Below, piece after piece: positions 63,070 to 64,000 of a stretch of DNA of 64,000 bases (its first letter is position 1; every line of letters starts with the position of its first letter). The stretch covers positions 416,001-480,000 of the forward strand of contig CAWAUM010000001.1 of NCBI GenBank assembly GCA_963785235.1, read 5' to 3'. A program made the position numbers and the translations under genes. Origin of the DNA: an uncultured delta proteobacterium. GTDB lineage: Bacteria; Desulfobacterota; Desulfomonilia; UBA1062. The notes under the pieces were generated by a model. It was not told the origin of the DNA and did not search any database. It saw nothing but the letters and a program-made list of their open reading frames with translations.

Positions 63070-64000
63070 TTACAATGCCGCCTTATAGATCCTTTTTGCA
63101 TCATCCAGCGTGAGCGTGCGCGGGTTGTTGGCCAGCAGCCTGCGTGACTTTCATGACACCGTCTGCCAGCATGGGTATATCTTTCTCCTTTACGCCGAAA
63201 TCCGCGAGATGGCGCGGCACCCGAATGTCGTCGGCAAGGCGGTCGATGGCTGCGACTCACCTTGTCCACGATCGCTAAGTTATCGAGACCTTCAATGGGT
63301 AAACCGAAGGGTTTGGCGAGCTGGGCGAACTTTTCAAGGTTCCCGAGCACATTGAAGCGGATCACGTGCGGGAGCATGAGGGTATTCGCTATACCGTGGG
63401 GGATATGGAACTCGGCGCCGATGGGGTATGCGAAGGCGTGCACTGCCGTTACCCCGGCATTGGCGAATGCTATGCCTGCCAGGAGCGCCCCTTCCATCAT
63501 GGCGGTGCGGGCTTCAATATTGTCGCCTTTGGCAAAGGCGATACGGATATTCTTGTAGATGAGCTCGATGGCCTTGATGCAGTACATGTCGGTGATGGTG
63601 CCGGCATTAATGGATGTGTAGGCCTCGATGGCGTGGATAAGGGCGTCCATGCCCGTGGCCGCGGTTACATGGGGCGGAAGGCCTATGGTGAGCTCGGGGT
63701 CCAAGATACCGATGGCCGGGAAGAGATAGGGGCTTACGATACCCTTCTTGAGCTTCTCGCCTTCGTCGGAGAGGATGGCAATGGGGGTCACTTCGCTGCC
63801 GGTCCCGGCTGTGGTGGGGATCAGGATCGTGGGAAGGCCCGGTTTCGGGACCAGGTTGATGCCGAAGTATGCGCCGATGGGCCCCTTGTTGGTAAGCATG
63901 ATCGCGGCGGTCTTGGTGATGTCCATGGGGCTGCCGCCGCCGATGCCCACAAGCATCTGGGCGCGGGCATTCTCAGCCATCTTCACGCAATCGGCCACGA
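63070..64000 (-). CDS. Iron-containing (type III) alcohol dehydrogenase; 5' part outside the window, frameshift near 3' end
   Basis: GIGGGSPMD..K, IPTTAGTGSEVT, DALIHAIEAY, HAFAY, HIPHG.AN; alternate-frame tail RTLTLDDAKRIYKAAL-stop. Confidence 0.9.

Overview
Bacterial chromosomal window of moderate GC. The gene content (PAS-rich regulators, a corrinoid methyltransferase system, an Fe-ADH) suggests an anaerobic deltaproteobacterium (Desulfobacterota-like); this is inference only. Many genes, including conserved ones, are split by single-base frameshifts, which most likely reflects unpolished long-read sequence and not true pseudogenes. Main blocks: (1) 0.1-8 kb, PAS/LuxR regulators, RNA-modification enzymes and a CDF transporter. 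(2) 8.1-16.1 kb, a candidate surface-display locus: an OM beta-barrel, a CsgG/TolB_N-like TPR protein, and two large Ig-repeat lipoproteins that share an unrecognised ~110-aa N-terminal 'GGPWSCD' domain. (3) 17.5-23.5 kb, a B12-dependent methyltransferase operon with a perfect FadR/PdhR-type operator next to a near-consensus sigma70 promoter. (4) 23.8-40.3 kb, a photo-oxidative stress and lipid-modification cluster (DUF2878, DUF2177, DUF1295, chalcone isomerase-like, FAD oxidoreductase, DUF1365-CFA synthase fusion, SOUL, class II photolyase, phytoene dehydrogenase-like, STAS fusion). (5) 41-50 kb, a class III aminotransferase beside a kinase-like DUF6206-type protein, small genes, an amidohydrolase and a hybrid kinase. 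(6) 50-64 kb, amino-acid catabolism: two glutamate dehydrogenases, a gamma-lyase, a Liv-type ABC transporter, GabT and an Fe-ADH. I recognised no rRNA, tRNA, CRISPR array or transposase. All family calls are from motif recognition, not database searches.
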